Below are positions 27,610 to 40,984 of a DNA stretch of 64,000 nucleotides, piece by piece. The first letter of the stretch is position 1; each line of letters starts with the position of its first letter. The position numbers and the translations under genes were made by a program. The stretch covers positions 15,438,001-15,502,000 of the forward strand of contig NC_043006.1 in NCBI RefSeq assembly GCF_006345805.1. The letters are read 5' to 3'. The stretch comes from Octopus sinensis. Lineage: Eukaryota. The notes below the pieces were generated by a model. It saw nothing but the letters and a program-made list of their open reading frames with translations, had not been told where the DNA came from and did no database searches.

Positions 27610-28183
27610 TTGGGTTGTCCGGAAAGTTGGTGCCGATTTTTAAAGGAAAGAAAAAGGTCAATAAATACTTGCCATTACCCAAGCTTTACCAGGTGCTCAT
27701 GAACGACGGATTTTGATAAGTTGAGGCTTTCTACTAATTCTCGGGTTGTGCAATGTGGGTTATTCTCAATTAATGACTTGATTTGGTCATCATCTGTAGT
27801 GGATGGTCTGCCTGATCACTCTTTATAAATAAGGCTACAATCTCCGGCTCGGAACCTTGCAAACCACTTCCGTACAGTTCTTTCGGATAAAGAAACATCA
27901 CCGTAAACTGCACATATTTCTTTGGTTGCTTGTGAGGCATTTTTCCCTTTACGGAAACAGAAAAGCATCAAGTGCCGAAAATGAACTTTCTTATCTTCCA
28001 TTTTAAAGGGTTACAGAATTAACACAGGTTATAGGAATATAAACCTTCTTTCATGAAAATATAGCTTAAACTGTGCTTTAAATGGAGGTGTAGTCAAATC
28101 CTATTTTATGGACTCAAACATGTTCTAAAATAAGTCGAAAGGTAAGCTACTATAAATCGGCACGAACTTTCCGGACAACCCAA
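27610..28183 (-). mobile_element. Internally deleted mariner DNA transposon
   Basis: TIRs TTGGGTTGTCCGGAAAGTT(G/C)GTGCCGATTT, TA on both sides, N-terminal HTH fragment MEDKKVHFRHLMLF...SERTVRKWFARFRAGD (27816-28001) followed by a stop and SGRP. Confidence 0.93.
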
Positions 28184-29435
28184 TAGTATGGCTTGGTAAC
28201 AAGTATCATACTTTCACTAGCTGCTTAGGTGCTTATATAGTCGAAAAAAGACTCAACTCTTCCAACAGCACATTTGAAACGTGAGAGGTGGAGGGAGAGA
28301 ATGCTGCACCAATACTCGAATGTTATTGATTTTCTGCTGAGTACACTGGACTGGAACAACCTGAAATGAAGAGCCTAGCTCAAGGACATAATGCACCTCT
28401 CGGTCTAGGAATTGAAACCATAACATTATGACTGTGAGCCGCCGAACATCTTAACCATTAGGCCACTAGGCCATGCACCTTTGCATCTTCAGAATTATCT
28501 AATCTAAGTGTTTTAAAAGTTATAGCAGATCAGAACAGGGTTTTAGCTCAAATCCTGAAGAAAAAGAATATTTAGTCTGTTGTTCTATCGTTTATTCCAT
28601 ACCTTTCGCTCGAAAAAGAATTGTAACTATACAACTATAATAATATCCCTTATTAGATATCGTATTAAATGTTTCATTGTAAATAATAGTCACGAACCAC
28701 TATAAAGACTGGACGGTATATAAATTTGTTAAACAGAATCATTGTTGCAGTTATTTGTAAAGTGGCGAAAACATCATACTAACGATTGAAAAATGGTGTG
28801 ATATTATTTCCTCCATGAAATGGAATTCATTCACAGAGAAAACACATATCAAGAATTTTCCAAGCTCCTTTTAATGCTCAGCAATCAAACGTAATCATGT
28901 GTTTCGTATGCTCAGAAAGATTAAAAGATGTTACAATTTCTGATTAATTAGCAATTAGAAATCGTTCTATATACATAATGTTAGAGCTTGTAAAATGTCT
29001 CAAATTGTTCTCACTGAACACATCAAGATATACCTTACATTAAGGGTCAAATTACGGTGAAAGCGAGGAAAGCTAACTGTTGTCAAAACAGCAATGGTTT
29101 CGGGCGTTTTGTTTAAATAAAAATGTCTAACTTTTAAGGAACGCAAGAACGTCTTTGGTGAACGGCTAAATATGCGATTTTATTATGAAGAAAGGAAGAT
29201 ACACTGCGATGATAGAGTACTTTGATGATAGAGGTTCTTTATCGAGAACTGAATTTGGCACTAGACCGACAATGCACTAAATAGTTTTGAGTAATTTTAT
29301 ATATTTCAAGAAAACAATAATCTAAAACTCGATGTAATATTTATTTAGTAAGATACATGAGACAACTGTACGAGATCAAAGCCAAGAAACAAAAGAAAGA
29401 GTAGCTTAGGATTAGCAATAACCGTACGGAATTAA

Positions 29436-29651
29436 GGCGGCGAGCTGGGAGAATCGTTAGCATGTCGGGCAAAATGTTTAGCGGCATTTCATCCGTCATA
29501 ACGTTCTGAGTTCAAATTCCGCCAAGGTTGACTACGCATTTCATCCCTTTCGAAATCGATAGAATAAGTACCAGTCGAGCACTTGGGTTGATGTAATAAA
29601 CTTGCTCCCTGCCCCAAACTTGCTGGCCTTGTGCCAAAATTTGAAACCAAT
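29436..29651 (+). mobile_element. SINE family C head with alternative short tail
   Basis: GGCGGCGAGCTGG...GTTCTGAGTTCAAATTCCGCC; tail GCTGGCCTTGTGCCAAAATTTGAAACC also seen reversed at ~40782. Confidence 0.8.
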
Positions 29652-30665
29652 AAATATACGGAGTGATAACGATATGCGTTTTGTTTCACTTAGAAATATA
29701 TCCCCAGGAAATTATTTTTTTCAGTTGCGCTGAGTGAAGATCAAAAGGACCAGTTTCATAGTTATATGATCCACCACAACTCTTTTACCGTTTCCTTTAA
29801 AAAATACCAAGCTAAATACTATCTATTAGAATATAGTCAAACTCTGCATATGCGGAACTTATTTACATAATGATACTAGGTTGACGTGCGGACAATAAAG
29901 ACTAAAGCACCAATACACCGTGTGTCATGAATAAATAATTGTACAGAAATTTTTTTAAAGAACTTCAAAATGCTTCAAACTATTTTCGAAAATATTTAAA
30001 GCAATTTCATCCTCGAGGAAGTAATATATTCAAACTATGGGTGAAATAGAATTACCTAGCACGTACTTATCTTAATGTTGACAATGTGAAATCATCTCAT
30101 TGCAAGATATTAATAAAATTTCGGAAGTTCTTTGAATATTATTGAATATGTAAAGTTATTTTAAAAAAAACAACATTTTTATGTCAATGTTTTATCTTCT
30201 TTCAACTAAGTGATGCCAAAGGTATATAATCTGAAAGGTTTATACATTTTAGTAAACTGAAATCTTTTCTCAAAATTAATAAAGGAGTTTCAGTTCGTTT
30301 CGTATAATATTTTATTACATAACTTATTTTATGAAATTTTATATTCAGGTAAACACCAATTATAATTGAAGTTCTGTGATCCTTCAAAGTATTAAATATT
30401 ATTTTTGTACATACATATATTTTTATTTTAGTCTAAAGCAATACAAAACCTTTTAATGATAATTCGAATTTATGGTTGATGTTTAAAATAAACAGCAAAA
30501 CACTAAGTCAACAAAGCTAGAATATGTTTTAAGTAGAAAATATGTGTGTATATGTATATATATATATATATATATAATATATATATATATATATAATATA
30601 TAATATATATATATATATATGTATGTATGTATTATGGGAATATACTGTAAGCTTTGAATTATAGA

Positions 30666-30748
30666 TTAGCTAATGCTAACCCGGGGTGCATCAAACCTAT
30701 GTAAATTTTGGACGAACAAACATAAACGATTCCATTAACTATTAGATT
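30666..30748 (-). mobile_element. Possible very short degenerate Helitron remnant
   Basis: Minus strand starts ATCTAATA...TGTTTGTTCG and ends CCCCGGGTTAGCATTAGCTAA, near the CTAG end consensus. Confidence 0.3.
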
Positions 30749-31515
30749 ATTCGATCATCATTGAACACTTAAGCCTGGCTGAACTTCAAGGTATTGATCC
30801 GGTAGAAGTTGCTTACTTGAAGGCTTTGATTCGTTGGGAATGGAAATATAAAAGAAAAATTTGGAATTTGCTACATTCCTTTCATCTTTAAGTACTTTTT
30901 CGATAAGGCAAGTGAAACAATTGCATGTTTATAATGTAACTGAATCACCGAAACAATACAAAACAATCATTATAAGCATACATAGAGACAACATTATGCA
31001 ATAATATACTATATATGTATGTACACACAGACATACACACACATATATGTATGTATGCATGTATATAATGGTTATATACAAGCACACATTTAAATATTTC
31101 TTTTAGTTATTTTGTTTTTGGATTTGGTTTGCAAGATTCTTTATATGAGTTCGTGTGTTGAAGCATATTCTGTTGTGCCTGGGGAGAGTCATTCTCTTTT
31201 AGTGTCTTATTATTTAACACTCTCACCGGTAAAACTTCCACTTGTTTCTTATTTTTATTCTCTAAAACTTTCGTTGAGTGTTGCAACCTTTTCAATAGTC
31301 TTGACTCTCCAGAATATTTTAGTTATTTTTTAGGTATGAAAAAGTAACGAATTTTCTTATTTGAATATTGATTGAAGTGAGTTACATTGGCAGATTCTCC
31401 GTCAGTGTTCTCGATGAGAATTCAACTTTGCAATCCATCGAATACCGATTTGTGGAATTAAGGCGCGAAAAGTTGAATATTTCACAGAAACATTTGCCAA
31501 TATAATAACTCTTGA

Positions 31516-31916
31516 GGCAGCTAGCTGGCAGAATCGTTATCATGCCGGGCGAAATGCTTAGCAGTATTTCATCTGCCGTTACGTTCTGAGTTCAAATTCC
31601 GCCGAGGTCGACTTTGCCTTTCACTCTTTTGGGCTCGATAAATTAAGTACCAGTTACGCACTGGGGTCAATGTAATCGACTTAATCCGCTTGTTTGTCCC
31701 CCCTGTGTTTAGCCCCTTGTGGGTAGTAAAGAAATAGGTATTTCGTCTGCCGCTATGTTCTGAGTTCAAATTCCGCCGAGGTGGACTTTACCTTTCATCC
31801 TTTCGGGGTCGATAAATTAAGTACCAGTTACGTACTAGAGTCAATGTAATCGACTTAATCCCTTTGTCCTTGTTTGTCCCCTCTGTGTTTAGCCCCTTGT
31901 GGGCAATAAAGAAATA
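31516..31916 (+). mobile_element. SINE family C dimer
   Basis: Body duplicated with junction AAAGAAATA|GGTATTTCGTCTGCCG. Confidence 0.9.
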
Positions 31917-32324
31917 TAGTAAATCTTAGGCCGAGTCAGTGTCACACAACATAATGCTGACTTCATGAACTACAGTTACTGTCCAGAGAATGGGAGAGAG
32001 AGGGTGAAGGAGAGAGAGAAAGAGAGAGAGAGAGAGGAGTCAGAGATATAGGGGATAGAAGAATTGATATCTGTGCACGACAATTACGTTATTCGTTGAT
32101 GTTGAAAGGGTAACAGATAAAGTTGGCCAGGATGAAATTTGAATGTAGAAACTTGAGAGCAGAAACGAATAGCACAAAGCATTCAATACAGCTTTCTAAT
32201 TACTCGACCAATTCGCTATCTTAAGAAGATTTATTGCTCAAAGAATGTAAACGGAGTTTATATATGGAATGGACTTCAGCTTTCTATTTGAGCCTTAAAT
32301 CGTGCACTTATGATAAATAATATG

Positions 32325-32779
32325 TTATTGTTGTTTGTTCCTTCTCCATCCACGCCTGGCACATAAGGGCCGGTTTCCCGGTTTCCTTGGCGTATGGGTT
32401 CCCCACCTGGACGGGATGCCGGTCCGTCGCAGGTGAGCTGCAAGATGTAGGAGGAAAGAGTGAGAGAAAGTTGTGGGGTCTTCTGCACTCCACTCGCTTT
32501 CTTATGTGATATAAATTTCAATGTGATGTAAGACAGAGTGATTATGAAGGTTTGATAGATTTAGTTATGAATACATAGGACTTTAGAGAATTGTAAAATA
32601 TCATATTAGACGATAATTTAACTAAATTATCAGCAGAAGTTCGCCATTACCTTCTGCCGGAGCCGCGTTGAGTTTAGGCGTTTCGCTCATAAACACACAC
32701 ATCGCCCGGTCTGAGATTCGAACCCGCGATCCCTCGACTGCGAGTCCGCTGCTCTAACCACTAGGCCATGTGCCTCCAC
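32325..32779 (-). mobile_element. SINE family B variant split by a 150-bp insert (32478-32627)
   Basis: Head at 32630-32779 and body/tail at 32325-32477; the insert duplicates 33924-34073. Confidence 0.85.
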
Positions 32780-33336
32780 ATGATAAATATTATACTAACT
32801 TTGGTGGATGTATACTTTTGCTACTGTGAGTAATATAATAAAATATAGCATGCATACAATAATTGTGATTCAACTTTATCAAATATCTTGGTGTTTCTAC
32901 AAAATGGTGAAATGAATACTAATTCCAAAAGAAAAATATATTCTGCCTTAAAATAAAATATACAGAACAAAATTCTCGTTTGTACATTAGCAATAAACAT
33001 AGGTTATTATTTTTCGACATTTTACAAACATAATCACAAACTACTCTATTGAAAATCTATCTGCAAAATTTCTTTAAAGAAAATTTGTACTTTTCAGTAA
33101 GTTGTATGAATTGAAATAGATGAAGGCTGCCAAACTGGGTTATGAATCTCTCGCGCTCTCCTCCCTCTCCGTATAAGTACACACACACACACACACAGGA
33201 AAACACTCACACACATACATATATATACATACATGTTCATTCGTGTGTGTATTTGTATGCGTGTATGTGTTCGTGGGTGCGTGCATGTGTAAACGAGTGA
33301 GTGTGTGTGTGTATGCTTGTGTGTGTGTGTGTGTGC

Positions 33337-33379
<43 letters not shown>

Positions 33380-34227
33380 TGTGTGTGTATGCGTGCGTAC
33401 GTGCAAAATTAATCGCAAATTGACAACTCATTTCGAAACGGAAACAAAAAATAATACGAGTGTACGAAAGAGAAATTTGAAAAGAATTGTCAATGTGCAA
33501 TCTAATTTTTTTTTGATTTTTAAACAAAAATCTTATATTCTTCGATGATATTTTTGAAAATTAACTCCTTCATTCCGTATAAAAACAAAATCAAAATCAA
33601 AATTCCATAACAATATTGATGTTTAATAATCAGCATTTAAGCATTTACTTATTCGTCTCACTTACTTAAGAAACGACGTATGTGCATTAATTCCGCACTC
33701 CTTACATTAATTATCTATCTCTCTTTAACTCCCACGTCATCCTCAGTCTGTCTATTCGATACAAAACGTAGCTGGAGAATCAACTTACCAACCAACAAAC
33801 CAACAAACAAACCAACATTAATCTCGGTTGTTATTAAATGCAGATTATCATATAATACAATCTATCATGAAGTCGAATATATGACGTGACGAGTGATTGG
33901 ATATTTCTACATCTGTCGCAAGCGTCTACTGCACTCCACTCGATTTCTTATGTGATATAAATCGCAATGTGATGTAAGACAGAGTGATTATGAAGGTTTG
34001 ATAGATTTAGTTATGAATACATAGGACTTTAGAGAATTGTAAAATATCATATTAGACGATAATTTAACTAAATGAAGATATAAACAATTGCCATCGCTGT
34101 TTATGATAGTTAATATATACCGAAGCAGTCCTCTGAGAGTTCTTATGTTGTGTGTGTTTCATATTCATGTAATGGAAATATAGTCTAGTTCTCGATAATA
34201 ATTACTTTGTATAGCCTGGTATTGTTT

Positions 34228-34249
34228 AATAATAATAATAATAATAATA

Positions 34250-34296
<47 letters not shown>

Positions 34297-34457
34297 CAAC
34301 AATAATAATAATGATGATGATGAGGATAATGATGATGATGATGATAATAATAATAATAATGATAATAATAGTATAGTAATAATAATAATAATAATAGTAT
34401 AGTAATAATAATAATAATAATAGTATAGTAATAATGATAATAATAATAATAATAAAC

Positions 34458-34508
<51 letters not shown>

Positions 34509-34535
34509 TAACAAATAATAATAATAATAATAATA

Positions 34536-34567
<32 letters not shown>

Positions 34568-34709
34568 TAATAATAATAATAATAGTATAGTAATAATAAT
34601 AATAATAATAATAATATTATAATAATATTAATAATAATTAATATAATAATAATATAATAATAATATAATAATAATAAATAATAAATAATAATAAATAATA
34701 ATAATAATA

Positions 34710-34763
<54 letters not shown>
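34228..34763. repeat. (TAA)n array
   Basis: Direct reading. Confidence 0.95.
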
Positions 34764-34765
<2 letters not shown>

Positions 34766-35310
34766 CAGTACCAGCCAATGGCTCTCATGGCTTCTGATCT
34801 TAACTGATTGGAAGTGTTATCATGTACATTGTTTTGTCTTGGTATAAAAGATGAGCTACAGCAAATATTCTGCTCAATACCACAGATTTGCTTGTCAGTT
34901 GTTTGACCATAACCAGTTGAGCATGTCCCTTAGTGGCTGACGATATGTGTATCTCTGATCACGAACAGAAGTAGTGGGGGAGCATCATAGCCATGTGTTG
35001 AGAGGGATTCTTTGGGGTTTGAATGGTTCACCTCTGGAAACATGGGTGTTTCGTTCAACATCCTTAAACAACCCTTATTCAGGGTCTTTTTGAGCGGGAT
35101 GGATTACTCGATCAGAAGAAAATTCTAACTGGGCCCCACCTGCAAGGTTATGTGCTGTTTATCTTGATATGAGATCACCATGTCGTGCACATATGGTCGT
35201 GACGCATGTGCCTAGTGTACCCTTGTCAGACGAGTAGTCATGATGGGTATAATGGGCTTCGTATATTTTACCCCAGTGTCACTTTTATGGCATGCACTGC
35301 TCTCTCACTC
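34764..35310 (+). mobile_element. Element E, longest copy (~550 bp, non-coding), in (TAA)n
   Basis: Homologous to 12157-12450 and 13921-14346; TAA arrays directly on both sides. Confidence 0.85.
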
Positions 35311-35357
<47 letters not shown>

Positions 35358-35375
35358 TAATAATGATAATAATGA

Positions 35376-36415
35376 TTTCATTTATTTGCCACAAGGGCTA
35401 AAGCTGAGAAGGACAATACAGAGACAGACACGAAATGCGAGAGTTTGCATATAATAATGAAATGATATATAAAAAAGAAAAGTATACATAGTATACACTG
35501 GAAAAGAAGGGACATATGCATAGAATACAAAGATAAAAATAAATAAATAAAAGGTGGTGGGAGGATGACAGAGGTGTGGCCCTCCTGATACAAGAACGCC
35601 TCTAGGGATAATCCCAGTATCGGTGATTTCCATTAAACCCTATGAGTAAATGTCCTCTACAATTCGTTCTCTCCGATTTACAGGTCTACACTTAGAGGGG
35701 TACCATCCACTCTTGCCATTTTCGCAACTTTCGCGACTCACTCGAGGACAATACTTCCCTCTCCACTCTCAATTTCCTTTTCAAGTGAAACTTCAAAAAG
35801 TCCCTAACAGCTCTACCAAAGAGGAATGTATCTGTCCTCATGCCTTTCAGCCTTGTCCGTCAAAAAACCTCTTTCGTCACAACCACGGGGCAAAGGAAAA
35901 CTGCCTTACCTGACCGATTGAAGGAGGGCGGCGGTGCAATCGTCATTACAGACTTGACCGACAGACAGATCCGTCCCACACTTGACAGCAGCTGTTTAAC
36001 ATAACCCCACAAGTCAGCAATACCCGGAGACTGAATGAGGGTGTGCAGAACGGTTTCATCACTGTGCGCATCTTGCACAAGTTCGTCTGACAACAAATCC
36101 GTGTCTGTAGAGCTTGTCTCGAACCGGTAGCGTCCCTCGGTAGCAATGCCAGGCCAAGGACATTTGGAAATTATCCATGATAGTCCCCGATTGGAAAGAC
36201 CTCCAAAACAGACTAGCCAATTAGTTCTCGTCGGCGCCCTGAGTCTCTCCGAGAAAGTCGTTGCACTACCCCGCCACTAATCCCCTATAAATTTCAAAAG
36301 CGGAACATCCACCAATCCCATTGTTCGACTGGTGAGCGCCTGACGATATTCTAGGTGCCAGGCGGCCAGACTCGGTCTTTTCTTTACCCAGGACTACAGC
36401 TCCGTCAAGGATACA
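35376..36415 (-). pseudogene. L1/Tx1-like LINE 3' portion (zinc-finger-like region and 3' UTR)
   Basis: Frameshifted translation SLAWHCYRGTLPVRDKLYRHG...CARC...DETVLHTLIQ...LWGYV; ends TTTAGCCCTTGTGGCAAATAAA. Confidence 0.8.
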
Positions 36416-36709
36416 TGTGACCCAGCAGTGAAGCGCGTGTTTTGAAAGACAAAATCAGTTCCTCAGAAGACATCGAGATGTAAATACATCAGTTGTTCGT
36501 CCAGACGACAAAACGTTGCTAAATTAACACCGATCAGAAAATATTATTCATACAACTATGGGATTTCTACCTCGCCTCACAACCCCTACAAAACTCGTAG
36601 CAGCCAATTACCGGATCTAACTACCTTGATGTTTATTAAGAAATAAACTGATGTCTCGTTACACTTCTATTTACCAGATTTGCTCGGCGGCCCTTTGGCA
36701 GATATCTAC

Positions 36710-37465
36710 TGCAACAAGCAACAGAACGGGAGAATTTCCAATTCTGTGCGACAAGGAGTTCTGGCGCTGCTACGAAAGGACCCAAAGTAGGAGGAATCAA
36801 ATAGAAAATTTTCGGTCCATAACGCTGCTGAACGAAGACTTCAAAAGTTTGTCCAAGGTCTTAGCAAAAAGTTTGCCGCTTGTCGAGGAACTGATTGATG
36901 ATGCTCAAACATGCGCTATCCCAAGTAGACCCATCCACGACAACCTCCAACTCATGCGATACATCATAGACAGGGTGGGTAAGGAACCTGGCATGGGTGG
37001 AGCTCTGATGAATCTGGATCAATCTAAAGCTTTCGATAGGGTCGACCACCAATACTTGGTGGCTGTTCGCACGGCAGCTCGTTTCGGTCTCGCTTTCCGT
37101 GGCTGGATCACTGCAATGTACAGCAACATTTGCTCGGTAGTTAGGGTGAATAGTTACTTATCGGAATTATTCAACATTATGCGTCCGGTCTGTATGTACT
37201 AGTACTAGAGCCGTTACTGCGGAAATTGGAGACGTTGAGAGGGAGCCCGCGCGACCTAGTACGTGGGACAACCGTGTCAGTATACGTAAACGACGTCACC
37301 GTCACAGCGTCGGACGGCAGGCACCTAGACATGGTTTGCACTATTCTAAGGGCTTACGAGGCAAGGACAGGAGTAAAAATTAACCAAAAGTCAGTGGGAC
37401 TGCAGCTCGGAACCTGGAGAGGCAGGTCCATGTTGTCCAATAACGTCGAGTGACGCTGGACGGAG
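36710..37465 (+). pseudogene. L1/Tx1-like reverse transcriptase fragment
   Basis: NFRSITLLNEDFKSLSKVLA, QTCAIPSRPIHDNL, LDQSKAFDRVDH, decayed YADD motif (YVND), GVKINQKS. Confidence 0.9.
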
Positions 37466-37466
37466 A

Positions 37467-37472
37467 ATAATA

Positions 37473-37519
<47 letters not shown>

Positions 37520-37837
37520 TAATAATAATAATAATAATGATGATAAGAAGAAGAAAAAGAAGAAAAAGAAAAAAGTGAAGAAGGAGTAGTAGAAAGGTGA
37601 AGAAGAAGAAGAAAAAGATGAAGAAGAAGGAGAAGAAGAAGAAGAAGAAGAAGAAGAAGAAGAAGAAGAAGAAGAAGAAGAAGAAGAAGAAGAAGAAGAA
37701 GAAGAAGAAGAAGAAGAAGAGAACGAGGAGAAAGAACGACTCTAAATAAACAGAACACAATTTTCACACGTGAAAATTATTTTGTGTGTAAAAGTAATTC
37801 GTAAGCTTTTGAAAGTCAGCATAGAAGAGAGGGAGAG

Positions 37838-37882
<45 letters not shown>

Positions 37883-37950
37883 AAGAGAGAGAGAGAAAGA
37901 AAGTGAGTGAGAGAGAGAGAGAGACAGAGAGTGTGAGTGAGAGAGAGAAA
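37467..37950. repeat. (TAA)n then (GAA)n, followed by a (GA)n tract
   Basis: Direct reading. Confidence 0.9.
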
Positions 37951-38251
37951 AAATAAACATTGCTCAAGACTGACGAAGAAAAAAAGTAAATAGATGAAAA
38001 CTAACAAAACCTCTAACTATACAAATGGCAAGAGCAATACTTAACTCTGCTTAAAAATTTATTCGATATAGATTATGTCATCTAGCGGAAAATCCACTTG
38101 GTCAATATGTCAGCTTATTGGATTAAGTAAAAGAATATGGCAGACAATCGAAAGATTGATTGTACATAAGATAAACACAAGCAGTTATTTAAAGCAACTT
38201 CAATAAAACTAGTGAAATATTTCATTCATTTAATGATTCGCATATATAGAT

Positions 38252-38283
<32 letters not shown>

Positions 38284-38293
38284 ATATAATTAT

Positions 38294-38361
<68 letters not shown>

Positions 38362-38389
38362 TATACATACATATATATATATAATATAG

Positions 38390-38426
<37 letters not shown>

Positions 38427-38449
38427 CATATATATATAATATATATATG

Positions 38450-38484
<35 letters not shown>

Positions 38485-38488
38485 TATA

Positions 38489-38572
<84 letters not shown>

Positions 38573-38574
<2 letters not shown>

Positions 38575-38964
38575 CGCAGGAGTGGCTGTGTGGTAAGTAG
38601 TTTGCTAACCAACCACATGGTTCCGGGTTCAGTCCACTGCGTGGCATCTTGGGCAAGTGTCTCTGCTATAGCCCCGGGCCGACCAATGCCTTGTGAGTGG
38701 ATTTGGTAGACGGAAACTGAAAAGAAGCCCGTCGTATATATGTATATATATATGTATGTGTTTGTGTGTTTGTGTTTGTCCCCCTAGCATTGCTTGACAA
38801 CCGATGCTGGTGTGTTTACGTCCCCGTTACTTAGCGGTTCGGCAAAAGAGACCGATAGAATAAGTACTAGGCTTACAAAGAATAAGTCACGGAGTCGATT
38901 TGCTCGACTAAAGGCGGTGCTCCAGCATGGCCGCAGTCAAATGACTGAAACAAGTGAAAAAAAA
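38573..38964 (+). mobile_element. SINE family A, full length, between (TA)n arrays
   Basis: Consensus match; ~330 bp of (TA)n upstream. Confidence 0.92.
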
Positions 38965-39000
38965 ATATATATATATATATATGCGTGTGTGTGTGTATGA

Positions 39001-39031
<31 letters not shown>

Positions 39032-40781
39032 AATATATATATATGTGTGTGTGGGTGTATACGTATGTATGCACATTGTGTGTGTGTGTGTGTATCTACA
39101 CCAAAAATGAAGTCTTTTTGTTGCATCAATTTACAATTGTTTCATGTGATTTCGGTCACATCAATACTGCTATATTATGCAATAATAAATGCTATTATTG
39201 ATTCTTGAGGGCCAACGAATATACCCAATCAGATTCATGAGCATTATGCATAAAAATAAAAGTCATTTGCTCTTCGGAACTTGAAGTATTAAGAATTTAT
39301 GCCCATATCCAGTTGGATGCGTTTACATAATTACATTTGCATATCACAAAAAAAAAAAAGAGATCGAAGGTTTAGAATAACTGGTCAATGAAACGATATG
39401 AATAGACAAAAGGAATAGAAAAATAAAAAAAGCAGACAGAAGGATTTGTTATCAGGTGCTATAATAAAATATTGGTTTGTTAACAGTTGCTATTTCATCA
39501 ACAAGGTTTTCTACCTGTGTTCATCAATAATGCTTTTATTGTTCTTAATGTATATTTATTCCATCAGAAAAATATAGGTACCAGCCAAGTACTCAAGTTG
39601 ACGTTACTGTATTTCGCCTACCTTCAAAATTGTGTCAAAATTCGAAACGGACTCTCATCGACTTCTTGAAGTTTCACATAAGAATGTTCTTATCATTATT
39701 ATTGTTTGTAATTGTAAAATCTTCAAAGATATTTCTGAATTTTCAGACACGTGCTTGATAAAACAATCTCCAGATTTCTGTCTTATCTGATAATCTATAC
39801 CTGTGGTTGAGCTTAGCAGGGTAAACTCTATAAGTATTAACTCTATGGTTAATACCTATATGAAATTATTATTACCCACACATATACAGACACACACCCA
39901 CATATATATAGATTAGCTACGTCACTCAGTGACTTAATATTTTCCAAATCTGGGCTTTACACCTTACAGAGTACCGATTCAGCAATGAGTACACTCCAGG
40001 TTCGTAAAATATTAAATCCTGAAACGTACACAGGTTATATATATATATATAAATGGATCGACCAACAAATTAGTACTTATATATCTTTCAGTATTTGTAT
40101 TAAATTTTAGTTAAATCACTACGACTCGGCGAAGTGATTCAAGTTAACCCAAGAGCTGCTAAGACACCGACTATTTCGCTCTGTAGTTTTCGACCTGCTA
40201 ACCAGCCTTATGCAACTTTTCACTTTTAGTACTCTGTCAGATTCTGATACTCCTAGAGACTTATAGAAGCTTGAAAAAAGTATGAGTCCGAAAAATATCA
40301 GAAGAAATTGGCGAGGCATTAATCATAAATTTACAGGATTGGTTTTGATATGTGATTAAGGCATATTAAAACCAATCGTCAGAATTAATATTAACAAGTA
40401 ATAGAGCACCAAAACCATCTCAATAAGAAAAGATATTAGGTAAAGTGTTTTACCTCTCAAACACTTCGTCAGCGAGAAGACCTTTTAAACGTTGCACCCA
40501 CATAATTCTTCTTTCTATCTTCGCTGTGGTGTTGGACAAGTTTAAATTCTTAAAAACACACCTTTATTTCATTAATTAAATGTGGCAATCTCTCCACCAC
40601 AGTTTCAATTCTTTCAAACATGCTCTTGAGGTCTAACCTCGTGAGAAACATTATTCTAAGTAAATCAGCAACAACCTCACAGGAAAGCTTTCAGTTCATT
40701 CCAAATTACACAAATCCTACTGACGTTTTCATAATTCAGTTATCTCGACGCCTCTTTCCCTTTTTATACTTAATTACCCAT

Positions 40782-40984
40782 ATTGGTAGCAAATTTTGGC
40801 ACAAAGCCAGCAGTTTTGATGGCGTGGTAAGTCGATATAATCGACACCAGTGTTCAACTGGTACTTATTTTATCGACCCCGAAATAATGAAAGGCAATGT
40901 CGACCTCGGCGGAATTAGAACTGCCGGATGAAATGCCCCTAAGTATTTTGTCCGGCACGTTAACGATTGCGGCATCACACTGCC
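40782..40984 (-). mobile_element. Degenerate SINE family C, short-tail variant
   Basis: ACTGGTACTTATTTTATCGACCCCGAAA...GTCGACCTCGGCGGAAT. Confidence 0.75.

Noticed and set aside
31255-31305. Minus-strand UUGAAAAGGUUG...CAACGAAA hammerhead-like motif (similar at ~52510-52555)
   Set aside because: The core deviates at two or more invariant positions and cannot be supported without a family consensus
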